From contig SMSO01000034.1 in assembly GCA_004764695.1 (NCBI GenBank), positions 310,001 through 374,000 on the forward strand: a stretch of 64,000 bases of DNA. The letters run 5' to 3'. Position numbers and translations under genes: made by a program. Below the pieces are notes generated by a model. That model did no database searches. It had not been told where the DNA came from and saw only the letters and a program-made list of their open reading frames with translations. Of this stretch, positions 1-11,838 are shown piece after piece (the stretch's first letter is position 1; each line of letters opens with the position of its first letter). Source of the stretch: Schizochytrium sp. TIO01 (Eukaryota; Protista; Bigyra: Labyrinthulomycetes).

Positions 1-1751
1 GGCCTTAGGTCCTCCCGTAAAATACTTTTGATTCGCTCGAAGTCTCCCAATTTGACCGTCTCAAGTCTTGTGCGTTCCAAAATTCCTTGAGAGGAATCAA
101 TAACAACTTGTATGTCTTCTGTATATGCCACATGTAGAAGAGTTTTTACAATATCAAATGGAATTGCCTCGCGTGCTACACACAAAGCACACAAGAAGTC
201 CTTGCGCTTATTCCCGTCCGCACTGTTTTCATTTAGAAAATTATCCCTTAAACATGACTCGTAGATTTCCAGAGGTGATCGTGAATCTTCTGGTTGGTTT
301 GGTAGAGATGTCGTATCAAAGTCATACTGAGTAACAAAGTTGCTGGCTTCACCCATGTTCCCCCCACTTTTTCGCAGTGTCAAGGCTATCCATTCGTCAA
401 GGGGCTGGGTATTGGGATATTTCTCTTCGAGTCTAATTTTTGCGACCTGTTTGACATCTTGGTAATTGTTGGGTAATTGCGGGTCTAGAAGATGAACTAG
501 AGAATTTGACAAGATATCTTGTCTCTGACTAGACAGAATGAGGCCGACCCATTTGGGCAGCCTTTCGTTCCAATCATTTAAAAGTCGTTGAAGATCATCT
601 TTTCCTTCAGTGATGAAGTCAAAGCCATCAATAATGACCACAACATTGCGTTCACTTTTGACGCTTCCTAGTGGCTTAACAATAAATTCAGTGAAGATAA
701 CATCTAGTGTGACGCTCTCTAGCTCGGAAAAGTTTGTGAATGTTTCTGATACCGCTGTTATTTGATTACAGCAAGTTTGCACAGACTTCTGTAGTTGTTT
801 GGCAATGCTTAGCAAAACAAATTTCGCAGACTTATTTGAGGTACGCCCATGGGACTCTGCTTCTTCTGGGACAAAAAATGCTGCAGCGACTAGAATCGTT
901 GATGCAGACTTTGAGAATATTCCCTTCATCTTCTGGGAGAGGCGACGTAACGATAGTCGCCTGGATGCGTGTTGGGAGTCACGTTCCCAGTTCGAAAATG
1001 CTTTTGGATCTAGACATTGCGCAATTTTGTCTGGATTGAAGAATTCGCCGATGCCGCAGAGGGCAGCCAAGAACACAGATTTCCCCATTCCTTTATCTCC
1101 CGAGATGAGTAGAGAGTTTGAAAAAGGTTTTGAAGCCCATGTTTTAACAGCATTAAAGAGCCACGTTCGAGTATCCTCGATAAATTTGTAATAAAGGTCC
1201 TTAATTCTGGCCAAGTTTTTGGATTCATCCAACCCTACCAGAAGTGAGGCTCCAGCATCACTTTTAATACCTGCTTCGCGTTCCTTCATAATTGCATCGA
1301 AAATAAATCTCGCGGCTTCTCTGGCGTTGTTTTGATTTTCCTCAGCTATAGAATGGTACAACAATGGCGCCAATCGAAGGAGCCTGAGGCCCCAATTTTT
1401 TTGATCATGCATATTCGGATTTTGCACAACAGGAAAGACGGTTTTTTGCGAGTGATGTGTCAGCATCACATCAAATTCAAATGAACAATTTTGAAAGCTA
1501 CCTTCGTCATCCAACTTTTGTTGGTATTCCGTTGTGATGAAAACTACCATGTACTCGCTGTTTACGATGCCCTTGGCAATTTGTATATCAAGGCCGCGGC
1601 CAACCATTAGGTCGTTCATATCTTGCCAAACATCAAGGTTTAGCTTGCTAAGTTCTTCATAAACCATGCAGACAAACTTCTGACGTTCCCTGTTTGGTCC
1701 CCACGCATAGGATAAGAATATGTCCTTCGCAAAGGCTTCCGTTCGTGGCAT
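1..1751 (-). CDS. TIR-NACHT(-WD40) NLR-like protein, paralog A, 5' part (runs off window start)
   Basis: Collinear with no net indel to 23576-25326. Manual translation from ATG 1751 gives MPRTEAFAKDIFLSYAWGPNRERQKF...NCSFEF (TIR) and Walker A GDKGMGKS. It is missing from the ORF track because its stop lies outside the window. Confidence 0.88.
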   Translation of the reverse strand, partial: MPRTEAFAKDIFLSYAWGPNRERQKFVCMVYEELSKLNLDVWQDMNDLMVGRGLDIQIAKGIVNSEYMVVFITTEYQQKLDDEGSFQNCSFEFDVMLTHHSQKTVFPVVQNPNMHDQKNWGLRLLRLAPLLYHSIAEENQNNAREAARFIFDAIMKEREAGIKSDAGASLLVGLDESKNLARIKDLYYKFIEDTRTWLFNAVKTWASKPFSNSLLISGDKGMGKSVFLAALCGIGEFFNPDKIAQCLDPKAFSNWERDSQHASRRLSLRRLSQKMKGIFSKSASTILVAAAFFVPEEAESHGRTSNKSAKFVLLSIAKQLQKSVQTCCNQITAVSETFTNFSELESVTLDVIFTEFIVKPLGSVKSERNVVVIIDGFDFITEGKDDLQRLLNDWNERLPKWVGLILSSQRQDILSNSLVHLLDPQLPNNYQDVKQVAKIRLEEKYPNTQPLDEWIALTLRKSGGNMGEASNFVTQYDFDTTSLPNQPEDSRSPLEIYESCLRDNFLNENSADGNKRKDFLCALCVAREAIPFDIVKTLLHVAYTEDIQVVIDSSQGILERTRLETVKLGDFERIKSILREDLR

Positions 1752-3519
1752 ATTTACAGCCTTGCTTTAGCAGATATGATCTCGTCAATTCCCGGACTGG
1801 GCTCGCCTGTCTTCAAGGAGTTCTGCTGCAGCTTTGCACTTGCGTGAGGTATTTCAACCCAAGTAAAAGTTTTGACAGACTACTAATAGAATAAGTATAG
1901 AACTTTTGAAATAGCATTCAAAACGAGTAGTTAGTTTACGATATTACTGTGTAATTATAGGGTAGACACGATGGAGGAAGTCTGCAAAAGTTGTAGTGTA
2001 AAGCTGCTTTGTTGAAAAGTTGAGAACCCCAAATAGGAATAATGTTTTTGAAAAGAAAAATTATTCTTTTAAACTTAAAAAAACTCTAACTAAAATGACG
2101 AGTTTCTGAGAAGGGCCTAAGCTAGTTTTTTAAAAGAAAGTAATAGAATAGAAAGGTAAACCTTTAAAAAGAAAACAGATACTTATCTACTGATGGGTAA
2201 ACTAAGATACGTGCTTTTATCATATGGTTTTTGACTTGGCACGATTGATATTGGTAATTTCTTGGGATCGACGGCACCAAGTGATAGTAGATCAAACTAA
2301 TTGATGGTCTTAGTAACAACTGTTCTGGTTATCTTCAAATGGCGCGCGTGGTATTAAAAAAAAAATGGTTGCGCACTCTACAGATTCCCAAAATCTATGT
2401 CAATTTTGCATGACAGTGCTCTTTGTTAGCAACATTCAGGGAAACGGTCGAGCACGCACATCAGGTTACTACTAGCCTACTCTAGCACAATTTTTTTTTG
2501 TTAGAAGCTGTAATCGTTTGCAAACATAATCAATTAAAGCCACGATCTTTAGTGTTTGAAGATCTAGCTTGATCTTTTAGTTTCAGGTTTAGTCCAGATT
2601 TGATCATTCAAGTTTTTAATTTGGCTATACTAGACAGTTTGTTGATGGGGTCGATGGTTAGTCAGCAATGTAGTTATGTTGTAGCTCCTACTACCTTTTA
2701 AATTATATAATAAATTGTAAATATAAATATACAAATAATAATAATAATAGAATTTAAATCGACAGAATTTTCTAAGAGATCTAGCACAAATAAGTTAAGA
2801 AAAAGAACAAGAAATGACTTGACGACTTAAAGCATAAACATGCGTCTAGGTTCTCGACTTTTTGCAAAATCTTCAGACGCTACATTTAACGTAGTTTGGG
2901 CTTAAATAATAACTAGCTAGAGAACAAGGACATGTTGTAAGCCGGTCAATCCCGAAGTGAGGACCTGTGGAGTTTTAAACGAGCCTTAACGTGGGGAGAT
3001 GGCACTTCGTTCTTTAAATGTTCTAGGACGTATGGTGTATTTCTACCAATTCTATTCCTAACAATTATTTTGCTGGGTTAAACTCGCCTCTACAAATCGT
3101 CCATTTAGTACTCTAATAGACTCTGAATAGCGAGTATATCTTCATCCCCCACTTTCCCTCAGAACTGCGCAGAAACAACTCAGTTCCTCTTCAAATGCTT
3201 CATCATTATTATCCATGCAGTCCTTCTGCACGCGCGTGCTTGGTAGTCTGGTGCTTATTCGCAATCATAGTTTAATTTATATATTATGAGAATATGTTTT
3301 TTACTTTCTTAAAAAAGAAAAGAAAAGAATAATAATGAAGGATTGTTCAGACTCCTACATTTTAAATGCACAAAAAGCTTCTTTCTCTCAAGCATTTTCT
3401 TAACATCTTAAAATTTTAAACTTTATTCTTCTTTTTCGAAGAAAAAGGAAAGAAAAGATGAAAAACAAAATGAAAAATAAATTTACACTTTGGTTAGGAA
3501 GGGTGCACACGAAGGTTCT
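1..3519. repeat. Segmental duplication block 1 (copy A), paralogous to 23576-27058
   Basis: Near-identical coding sequence and clearly alignable upstream non-coding sequence, offset 23,575 bp in the coding part. Confidence 0.95.
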
Positions 3520-5711
3520 AGGTAGGCCAAGAAAGATCTTTGCAGCCTGGAATGAAGACCAATCTTGACGACGTTGAATGTGAGCCAGCCATGGCAGGCA
3601 CTATAGAAGAGGAAGCGACGTGATCAACGCAAAGGGATGGTGACCAAAGAAACGCTGTTTTGACGACTTTTTGCACGCCCCTCTTTAGATCGATGCCCAG
3701 TTTCTGATCGCCGAACTGCTTGCACAGGGATATTATATCTATCTTTTTAATCGAAACACTACACAAATCAATCAATTTTTTTGCTTGCATTGTATAAAGG
3801 ATGAATCATTATAGAATTCCTCAGCACTTTCCAGGAAGAAAGTAATAGAGAATGCCTTGCCCATCTTTGCAGTTGCCTATGATGAGAGAGCCATTGCCTG
3901 CGTGCCAAGTCGCCAATCAACCGAAGTCTATTCCACTCGCCCAGGCGAGAGGACTCTAAACCACCAAGGGGGGGAATCGAGACTCTTAAGTGGGCCATGG
4001 TATCATGGACATCATCATGTGCAGCTCAGGCACTGCACACCCTTGCACACACTTACCTTTTTCGGAATGAGCTCAGGTTTGATCAACCATGATCCATACC
4101 CATACCCACTTATATTAACCAACCATTTCATTTCATGCACACTTATTCATTTATTTTAAAAATAAAAAACTTAAAAACAAATCTTATGTATACCCTTAAA
4201 ATGTAAAAGTATCTTTAAGGAAAGTCAGGTTAATATTATTATTATTAGTAATCATGTTTTTAATTTTATTCTAAGGGATCTTATCTAGGTTGTTTTGATT
4301 AAGCGTGATTCCTCATTGAGAGGTCAAGTTTAATTACGTGGGAGGACCCACATTTGGTTCAATGTGATATGCGTCATTAACTCAGTCTCATGAACGAAGA
4401 AATGCAAGGCTAAAGCTCATCATGCGAAAAGCCCTTATGCCATGATATGGTGATGATGGTATTTAAGTTATATATATTGTACGTTCATTTCTTCGCCTCC
4501 AAGATACTCCAAGCAAAACTATTGCTCAACTTTTACCAAAGAAAGATAGCGTCTCATAGTATTGGATCAGTGAAGCAGCGAACTATCCACAGTGACATAT
4601 GACATTCAACTCGGTACTTCTTGTATATTTGTGTAAGCAAACCTGTGCTTTTAGGATTTAACGCAAACACTGGAAAAAAGAAAAGAAAAAAAGAGCCTTA
4701 CCAATGAACTAGAGAGTCATCTAGTAAAATGCCTCAATCATTTCTACCATGGTAGTTGAAGTTGGGTTTATGATCAATGGGCTCTACAAAATGCCTATTT
4801 ACAAATGTAATTCTTTATCAATGCCATCTTTTGATAATCACCTAACGGACAAATTTCATTAACCAGCGTCAATAGGTATTGGAGTTAGAAGAGATGAGAT
4901 GCGATAATCATGGATATTCACAGCACTTGATAGACTGGACTATTTAAAATGTCTCTAGTAGTACTTTCAAGTATCTCGGTACTTTTGATTAGGCTTATTA
5001 TGTACAGGTCTGTGATCCAGTTCGAGCTGCAACTGGGCTTGCAAATCATGTTATGAATCTGATTCACTCAGCAACAGATACTTTGTTAATTTAGATTCAA
5101 GTTTATATCTGGAAACGATAATCCTTACCACTATCGCATCACGTATTTGTTCATCGATCTTTTGGCGTTATAACAACGTAGTTAGATTGGCTAGATTTTG
5201 CAGTTGGTGAAATCTAAACCTTCAGCCTGAAAATAGGTACAAGATCTCTAAATTCAGCGAACTTATAGCTAGGATTGCCATTGCAACTTGAAGTTTGTGC
5301 ATAGATAGATTACGTTGAATAAAAGAGGCTCAACTTAAGAGCAAGAGAGTATATTAAATGTTCGGCATTAACACGTTTTAGGTTGAGTGAAATTAAGTCT
5401 TTGAGTATCGTGGCTTGTATTTAAAAAAAATGTATAGAATGTTGGTAAATATATATTTCTTTCTAGTATCTTTCCAAGAGCCATTTGCAGAAATAACCTG
5501 ATTTGACAATACCCGTAAAACTATATTTTTGCAACACAATTTAAGAATTAACAAGGTATTTACAGCAAACACCAATTTATTGAAATAGGCAGGAATTCAA
5601 ACAAACCACATGTAATTGAAATTAAATTTAATAATAACCGGATAGATGGCATCGTTCGGGTTATGTTTGGACAGTTGCGCATTTAAAATGTCCTGGTGCA
5701 ATTAAAAATTG

Positions 5712-7556
5712 CTAATTGTTTTCGTCAGCCATTTCATGCTTCCGTGCTTTCCCCATAATTGCGAGATATACACGTCTTCGCATTGATCTTCTTGCAATTT
5801 GTTGTAAAGCTGGGTCTTCCAAACCCGAAAGTGTTGGTGTGCTCATACTACTTCTGCGCACGGATCTCCGGACCAATTCGACAAGAACAACGCCAACATG
5901 CTTTCCTTTTCGGACATTTTGTAGATCAGTTTTGGACCTTCTTTCATCTCTTCCAACGTCAAAAGGAACATACCCAGCTTTTTCATCGTTTTTGCCTCCA
6001 TCGAGCTTTCTGATTTTTTGTGCAAGTTCATACGGAAGCTCTAACGTATCGACCGAAGTATACATCACAAATAGCAAACGAGATCCTTTGCTGTTAGATA
6101 CTTGATCGGCAGGTTTATCCAGTTCCTTTTGTGCATAAGTAGCAAGGTGAACTGTAATTCGGATTTCGCCGAACATCATCAAGCTTTCACTTATAGACTG
6201 CAGAAAAAGTTCGAGTGATTCTTGGACATCAATTCTGACATTCTCACTTTCATCATTGCTAAGGGCATCACTTAACTCAGAGAACAGATCTTTTGCATCG
6301 TTAACTTTGCAACTTGCTTCGACATCTTTGGGATCACTTGTGTCTGCATTTTCAACACGACGTATGGTAAGAGGGAGATTAAGAGAAGTTTTGAAACCCC
6401 CCTTCCGTCTCGAATGTCCAAACTGAGTTTCAAGACAAACATCGAGAAACGGGAAGAACTCATCAGGCTCATCTAGTGTTGTATTGAGGAGCATAGAGAT
6501 GGTTACAAAGCGTTCACGGCCTGCCTCAGCTTTAGTTAGTATGTAGGTACATGACTCTGCAGTACATTTATCTGGTACCGGGGTCCAGGGTGATGGCATA
6601 TTCTTTTTCATCTTTCTCAGATCGATTTTGACTTTGCCTCGAGACTCTGCGGGAACCTTTAAAGTCAACGTATTCTTAAAGTTCACTCCAGTCTCCTCCT
6701 CATGTACAGAACCAATGACTTTCTCATGTTCCCAGGTCGTTATAAGTGTACCAGAGGTAGCTTTTGTTAGGTCTTTAAAGAATGACACTGCTTCTGCATC
6801 GCCATCAATGCTATACGCATTAAGCTCGAAAAAGAGAAACAAGGCTTGCTCTCTTTCAGCACTGTCGCTCTCAGAATATGCGTTCTCCATGCGATACTGT
6901 GCATGTTTGACTGATTTGATGACTTCTTCTGCATCAAATACGGCACCATCGCTGGAGATGTGAACCTCGAGGCGCACAGGCCTCAAAGATGAGTCATCAT
7001 CTTTCTTTTTTTCGAGTGTCTTGAGAAACTCAGTTTCCTGTTCCCAAAGACAATCAAAACCTTTGCTCATTTGAGTTCCACCATCAATCTCAAGAGCATT
7101 TACTTTCTTTATGATCTGTGGAATATTGGATGCTGTGAGCTTTTCGAATCCCTTGGTAACACACGTTGCCTCATCGCTAAACTTGATGACTGCAAGATAT
7201 ATGCTTTTTTTTTTGGTTCTTGGCTTGACTTTATTAATCCATTCTTCGAAACGCATCTTTGCGACATCAATCCGACGAAGAGGCTTTGGTGGTTCTCGTT
7301 CTTTTTCTTCATCAAGCTTTTCAACATCTGCAGCACCGTCAACACCCAGCTTTACCTGAGAGAACATACTGCCGCTAAAATCCATGATCCACGCAACTGC
7401 ATATGCACCAGTATCAAGATCATAAAGTCGATGTTTATAGTCGAGTCGAACGTTTATCTCGTCACCAGCTTGTTCTGCTTCTTCACGATAGGACGCTCTA
7501 AAAGTAGAAAAGAAATGATTAGAATCAGCAACAACCTTATTGTTCGATTTTGCCAT
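5712..7556 (-). CDS. vWA-domain protein (614 aa), intact MIDAS, with C-terminal beta/helical region and Arg/Ser-rich tail
   Basis: AVAWIMDFSGSM (DxSxS), GGTQMSKG (MIDAS Thr) and VHISSDG (MIDAS Asp); long open ORF with ATG start. Confidence 0.85.
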   Translation of the reverse strand: MAKSNNKVVADSNHFFSTFRASYREEAEQAGDEINVRLDYKHRLYDLDTGAYAVAWIMDFSGSMFSQVKLGVDGAADVEKLDEEKEREPPKPLRRIDVAKMRFEEWINKVKPRTKKKSIYLAVIKFSDEATCVTKGFEKLTASNIPQIIKKVNALEIDGGTQMSKGFDCLWEQETEFLKTLEKKKDDDSSLRPVRLEVHISSDGAVFDAEEVIKSVKHAQYRMENAYSESDSAEREQALFLFFELNAYSIDGDAEAVSFFKDLTKATSGTLITTWEHEKVIGSVHEEETGVNFKNTLTLKVPAESRGKVKIDLRKMKKNMPSPWTPVPDKCTAESCTYILTKAEAGRERFVTISMLLNTTLDEPDEFFPFLDVCLETQFGHSRRKGGFKTSLNLPLTIRRVENADTSDPKDVEASCKVNDAKDLFSELSDALSNDESENVRIDVQESLELFLQSISESLMMFGEIRITVHLATYAQKELDKPADQVSNSKGSRLLFVMYTSVDTLELPYELAQKIRKLDGGKNDEKAGYVPFDVGRDERRSKTDLQNVRKGKHVGVVLVELVRRSVRRSSMSTPTLSGLEDPALQQIARRSMRRRVYLAIMGKARKHEMADENN

Positions 7557-8263
7557 TGTGCTCTATGCTGGTGTCAGTGATCTCAAAGCTTTGATTTGGG
7601 TTTGGTTTGATTCGAGTTTGGTTTGATAATTTGCCTGAAAATTAGTGACTCCTTGTTCCGACTACTTTGACCAGTGGGTTTTACAGGTCTTGCCACTAAC
7701 TGGAGCACCGCGTTGAAATGCCTCGCCAGTTCTTTAGAATTGTTAGGGGATCTCTTTCAGCTATACCTACCGTAAAGAGCATGTAAACAAACCACATTTC
7801 CAGAGTTGTAGATCTTCATGCCATGCAAAAGCAGATAAAGTTCTTGATTCATGCAGCACTGGGTAAAAATCATGTAAATATTATAGAAACTGGCTATCAC
7901 TCTCCAGGGGGCAAATATATTCTTTTTAAGAATAAAGTTAGAGATCAAGCAACCAGCTAGCTGTACCATTGCCAAGATTTGGTCTTCCGTTTGCTTGAAA
8001 ATTTAGTGATTAAATTTCAATAGCCGAAATACAATTGATGATTTCAATGTTTAAAATTAGTTTTGAAATAAAGGCTTACATACAATGTCTTTGAAAAAAA
8101 TAAATTAAGAAAAATACAGGTTTTAAAGAAATAAAAAAGCCTGAGATTCTTCAACTTAAAAAATAAAAAATAAAATTTAAAAAAAGTAGAAAACTTTTTA
8201 TGTGGAACAACTAACAAAAACTTTAACAATTGCGAGGATTGCGAAGAATCTACCTACTTTCCA

Positions 8264-8903
8264 GAGTCTTGTAGTCATATTTTTAAAATCAAGAGCGCTA
8301 AGAGCTCATTACGCTATTCGATAGTTCTAAAAATGAATATTTCAAGAGGCCCGAGAAAAGTCAAGATTTTCAAGACCAAACGCGTTTCGGGCTTTAGTTG
8401 ATTTCGGGCGGAAACCCTTCCATCTAGTCAATAAACAGTCGACACAAGCAGGCATGCAGCGATGTTGGCTGAGAAGTACTGGTTTCTTTTGGTCAGAAGT
8501 ATATGTAAGTTTTTGGTTTGGATCGTGTGCACCCCCCTGAGCTCGCCTAAAATCATACAAAATTTAGGCAAACGTGTGTAATGGTGTGATAATTGGAAGC
8601 ATTAGTATAGCCAAGTTCAATGTTCATTTTTCAAAATATTATTATTATTATTATTTATTGATGAATTAATAGTGTGTTTCTGGTTGGTTTTAAAAGTAAT
8701 TTCCAAACTTTACATATGAATGATCAGAAAATCGCAATCACATCCGAACCAGGCTATTGACCATATTGGAGATGCCTGCGCTTTGCACGTGTACCTCTAT
8801 TTCGACAGAAAGCTCCGAGCCCCGGAGCGGCCTTGCTTCCGGTTTGCACACCCAGCCCGCCAACCAAAAATGTAACTCGCGCAAATCTGAAAACAAGTAC
8901 AGC
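8264..8903. repeat. Segmental duplication block 2 (copy A), paralogous to ~27058-27685
   Basis: atcaagagcgctaagagctcattacgctattc...gaaaacaa is alignable between the two sites. Confidence 0.9.
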
Positions 8904-9817
8904 TTCTGAAAGCTTGGATCATGTCAGCAAGGACTGACTCAGCCAGATTTTAGCAATTCGAACCGACTTCGTTGGAATCAGCTCGTGTGCTGCAGAGCGA
9001 TATCTATGTTGATATCTGTAGTACATACTGCCCGAGGTATAGTGTAATTTAAAGGTCACTAGCATCTTATTTAGGACTCGAAAGGGAGCTACAAGACTCG
9101 CTACTGAGAAAGACGCAAAGCTACGACTTATAGCATCTTGACTTAAATATTGTGGTGGGTGACCTTTACGATTCTCTATAAATGCATAAGCTTTCACGTC
9201 GATCCTCAAAACTTATCCTTTCGTAGTCATGGGTACTACTCATCTAGCTCCACTGTACTGATGTTTTCAGTGACAAGTTAAAGTTCATTGAACAGTTGGA
9301 GTATGTAAATAGGGTTTACTAGGCGGCGGTGCGTCCGGGCCCCTGAGAGAAGCTATCACGAACCAGTGTGCTTGCGAACACCTATGCTATTTCCATAGGA
9401 CGAGGATTCACGAGGACATCAGTCTAACCTTAAGCAGCTCAGCTCGACTTGATAAAACAGAACTGTGCAGCGCGTGCCGATTCCGATTTGATGCCGCTGA
9501 CCCTTTTTGTAAGATCAGATTTCAGAGAAGAGTTTTACCTACAGACCTACTCGATTTTTTTGTTTCTTAACTGGTGGTATGTTTAAACAGGAAAATAGTA
9601 AACCTGGAGATCTCAATACAGGTTATGCGTCACCGCGAAGTACCTAATTCTATCTAAAATCAAATGTCGAGAGTAGTAATGGTGTTTCCTTGGAGCCTTG
9701 GCGAATCACATATAGGAATCTCTGTGTCTTTTCCGCTTTGAATAATCTCCTATTCTGCAGTTCTGTTGCACGCGCTGTCAGAGAAATTTCCAACTATGAT
9801 GATGAGAGAACGAACTT

Positions 9818-9958
9818 TAAAAAAAGAAAAAGAAAAAAAGAAAAAGAAAAAGAAAAGATATCTTTAATTTAATTTAATTTAATTTAATTTAATTTGTTCA
9901 AGTGTACTCGACCTGATCGTAAGTCTCTCGGGCCTCTTTTTTTTTTTTTTTTTTTTTT
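9818..9958. repeat. Low-complexity tract: (GAAAAA)n, (ATTTA)n, poly-T
   Basis: Seen directly in the sequence. Confidence 0.85.
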
Positions 9959-11838
9959 AAATTAAATTTAATAAATAAATATTCATTATTCTATTACCTT
10001 TGTTATGATTATGATTATTATTATTGTATTCAATAGATTGCCTAGCTATATATATTCATTTAAAAAGTTGTTATTTTAGTCACCAACCTTTTCACAGTAA
10101 TCAAGAATACTAAGTACTGCAAATTTTAGAATAGTAAGTGCTCTACCTACTACCGATGAATCTGGAGTCTGTGAACACCAATTGCGAGGCCTTTAGACGC
10201 AGTCCCCTATCAAAGGAAGGCCGACTGTAGGGGGTTGGGCAAGCTCGCTCATGGCTGCATTAATTACTTTTTTTAATTTGTTTTCATTTGGAGGAAAGGA
10301 GCCACCCTTGTTGCACATTCGAAGAATTAATCAACTGAACTACTCGTATACACGCGGAGCTAATCCTACAGCACTCTGGTCTAGCTAGAGCGCGAGACCA
10401 ATTTTATTTAACTGGAGGAACTCCATACCATCTTGAAGTGAGTATGCGTCGGAGAGTCGGTAATGTCGGCAAGCATCATCCTCAGCTCGCGCAACATCGA
10501 CGCTTAGACGGTACACACCCCTGTTTCCTTCAACAGTGCGTCCGTGAGGACCAACCATTAACATTTTACAAATTATTTATTTAAAAAACTTTCCAACAAA
10601 GCATCTTATTTTAGGAAGGACTTTGGTTAGTGTATACAGGGCCTCGCATCATCCGCAGAGTCACAAGATCCTCCTTGTCCAAGTAGGAAAGTGACACAGT
10701 AAAGAAAAATATTTGTGATTTATAGATATTCTACTAGGTGAAAAAGTAACGTGGAAACAAATTATTTCGGCAGTCAAACATAAAACTTAGCTTAATTTAA
10801 TACAAAAACGTTTTTAAATATAAATATAACTTCAAGTTAGAAGAACATAAAAACGTTTTCAAGGGGAAAATAGGAATGTCTAATCCAAGGTCTGCGGCCG
10901 GCGCAACTATGCAGAAGAATGATCACCATTCTGCTCCCTTAGACGTGCTCCTATCAATGACCTTGATTCAATAGGGAATCCACAAGTTAATACCTATCGC
11001 TATTGTAACTGACGTTGCTAGCTTGAATTTGGCAATGTGATACCTGATTAAGTTTGCGAGGAGACTCTGATCTTTAATGTATCATAAAAGGAAAAAAGAA
11101 AAGACACTTGGGATAAATACTATACTATTGAGCGATTGTTTTAACTTGAGATTTTTACCTAAGTTACTTCAACTCAGAACCGCTGACTAGTGAGGATACA
11201 TATTGTATACAATAAAAGTGCAAAAATGAAGAGTAATACAAGTAATAATTAAAGTTGCTGAAGAACACTCGATGGTATCTTCTTCGTGATTAAACCAAAT
11301 GTTTTACGGTGAGTCTTGCCATCAAGCTGAGGACCAGTCGTTGAATCATGACCCATCGTCGAACCTGAAAGCCGCAAGCGCCATCCAATTCTAAAATCGT
11401 GCGAGATCTAGGCAAGCAGGTGATGGCAGAGACCGTTTCTACCTTACCTACCTCATGAGGCTAGCAACTATTTGTAGCAACAATAAAAGAACCTTCGAAT
11501 AACTGGTATATGGAATCAAGAAGATAATTAGTATACTCTACTCTTATGTATATGGATGATAGATATAATTGATAATTAAATAAAACTAGAATATTTAGTT
11601 GAGAGAGAGAGAGACTTCTTAGGTGCAGCAAATCAGCAACTCGGCCAAGTGAAGGCATCATCTTAACTTGCTATCCCGAGGAGCTGCGAGGGATAGACTT
11701 CGGCAGACTCCGGCGTCCAAGAAAGCAAACTCTGAGAAACTTCTACGAGGCGCCAGCTTGGATTCACCATTAACCAGCCGCTGCCAACTCAGGACAGTCC
11801 AGTCTGTGCTTTCTGAATAGTTCTTCGGCTTGACTAAA

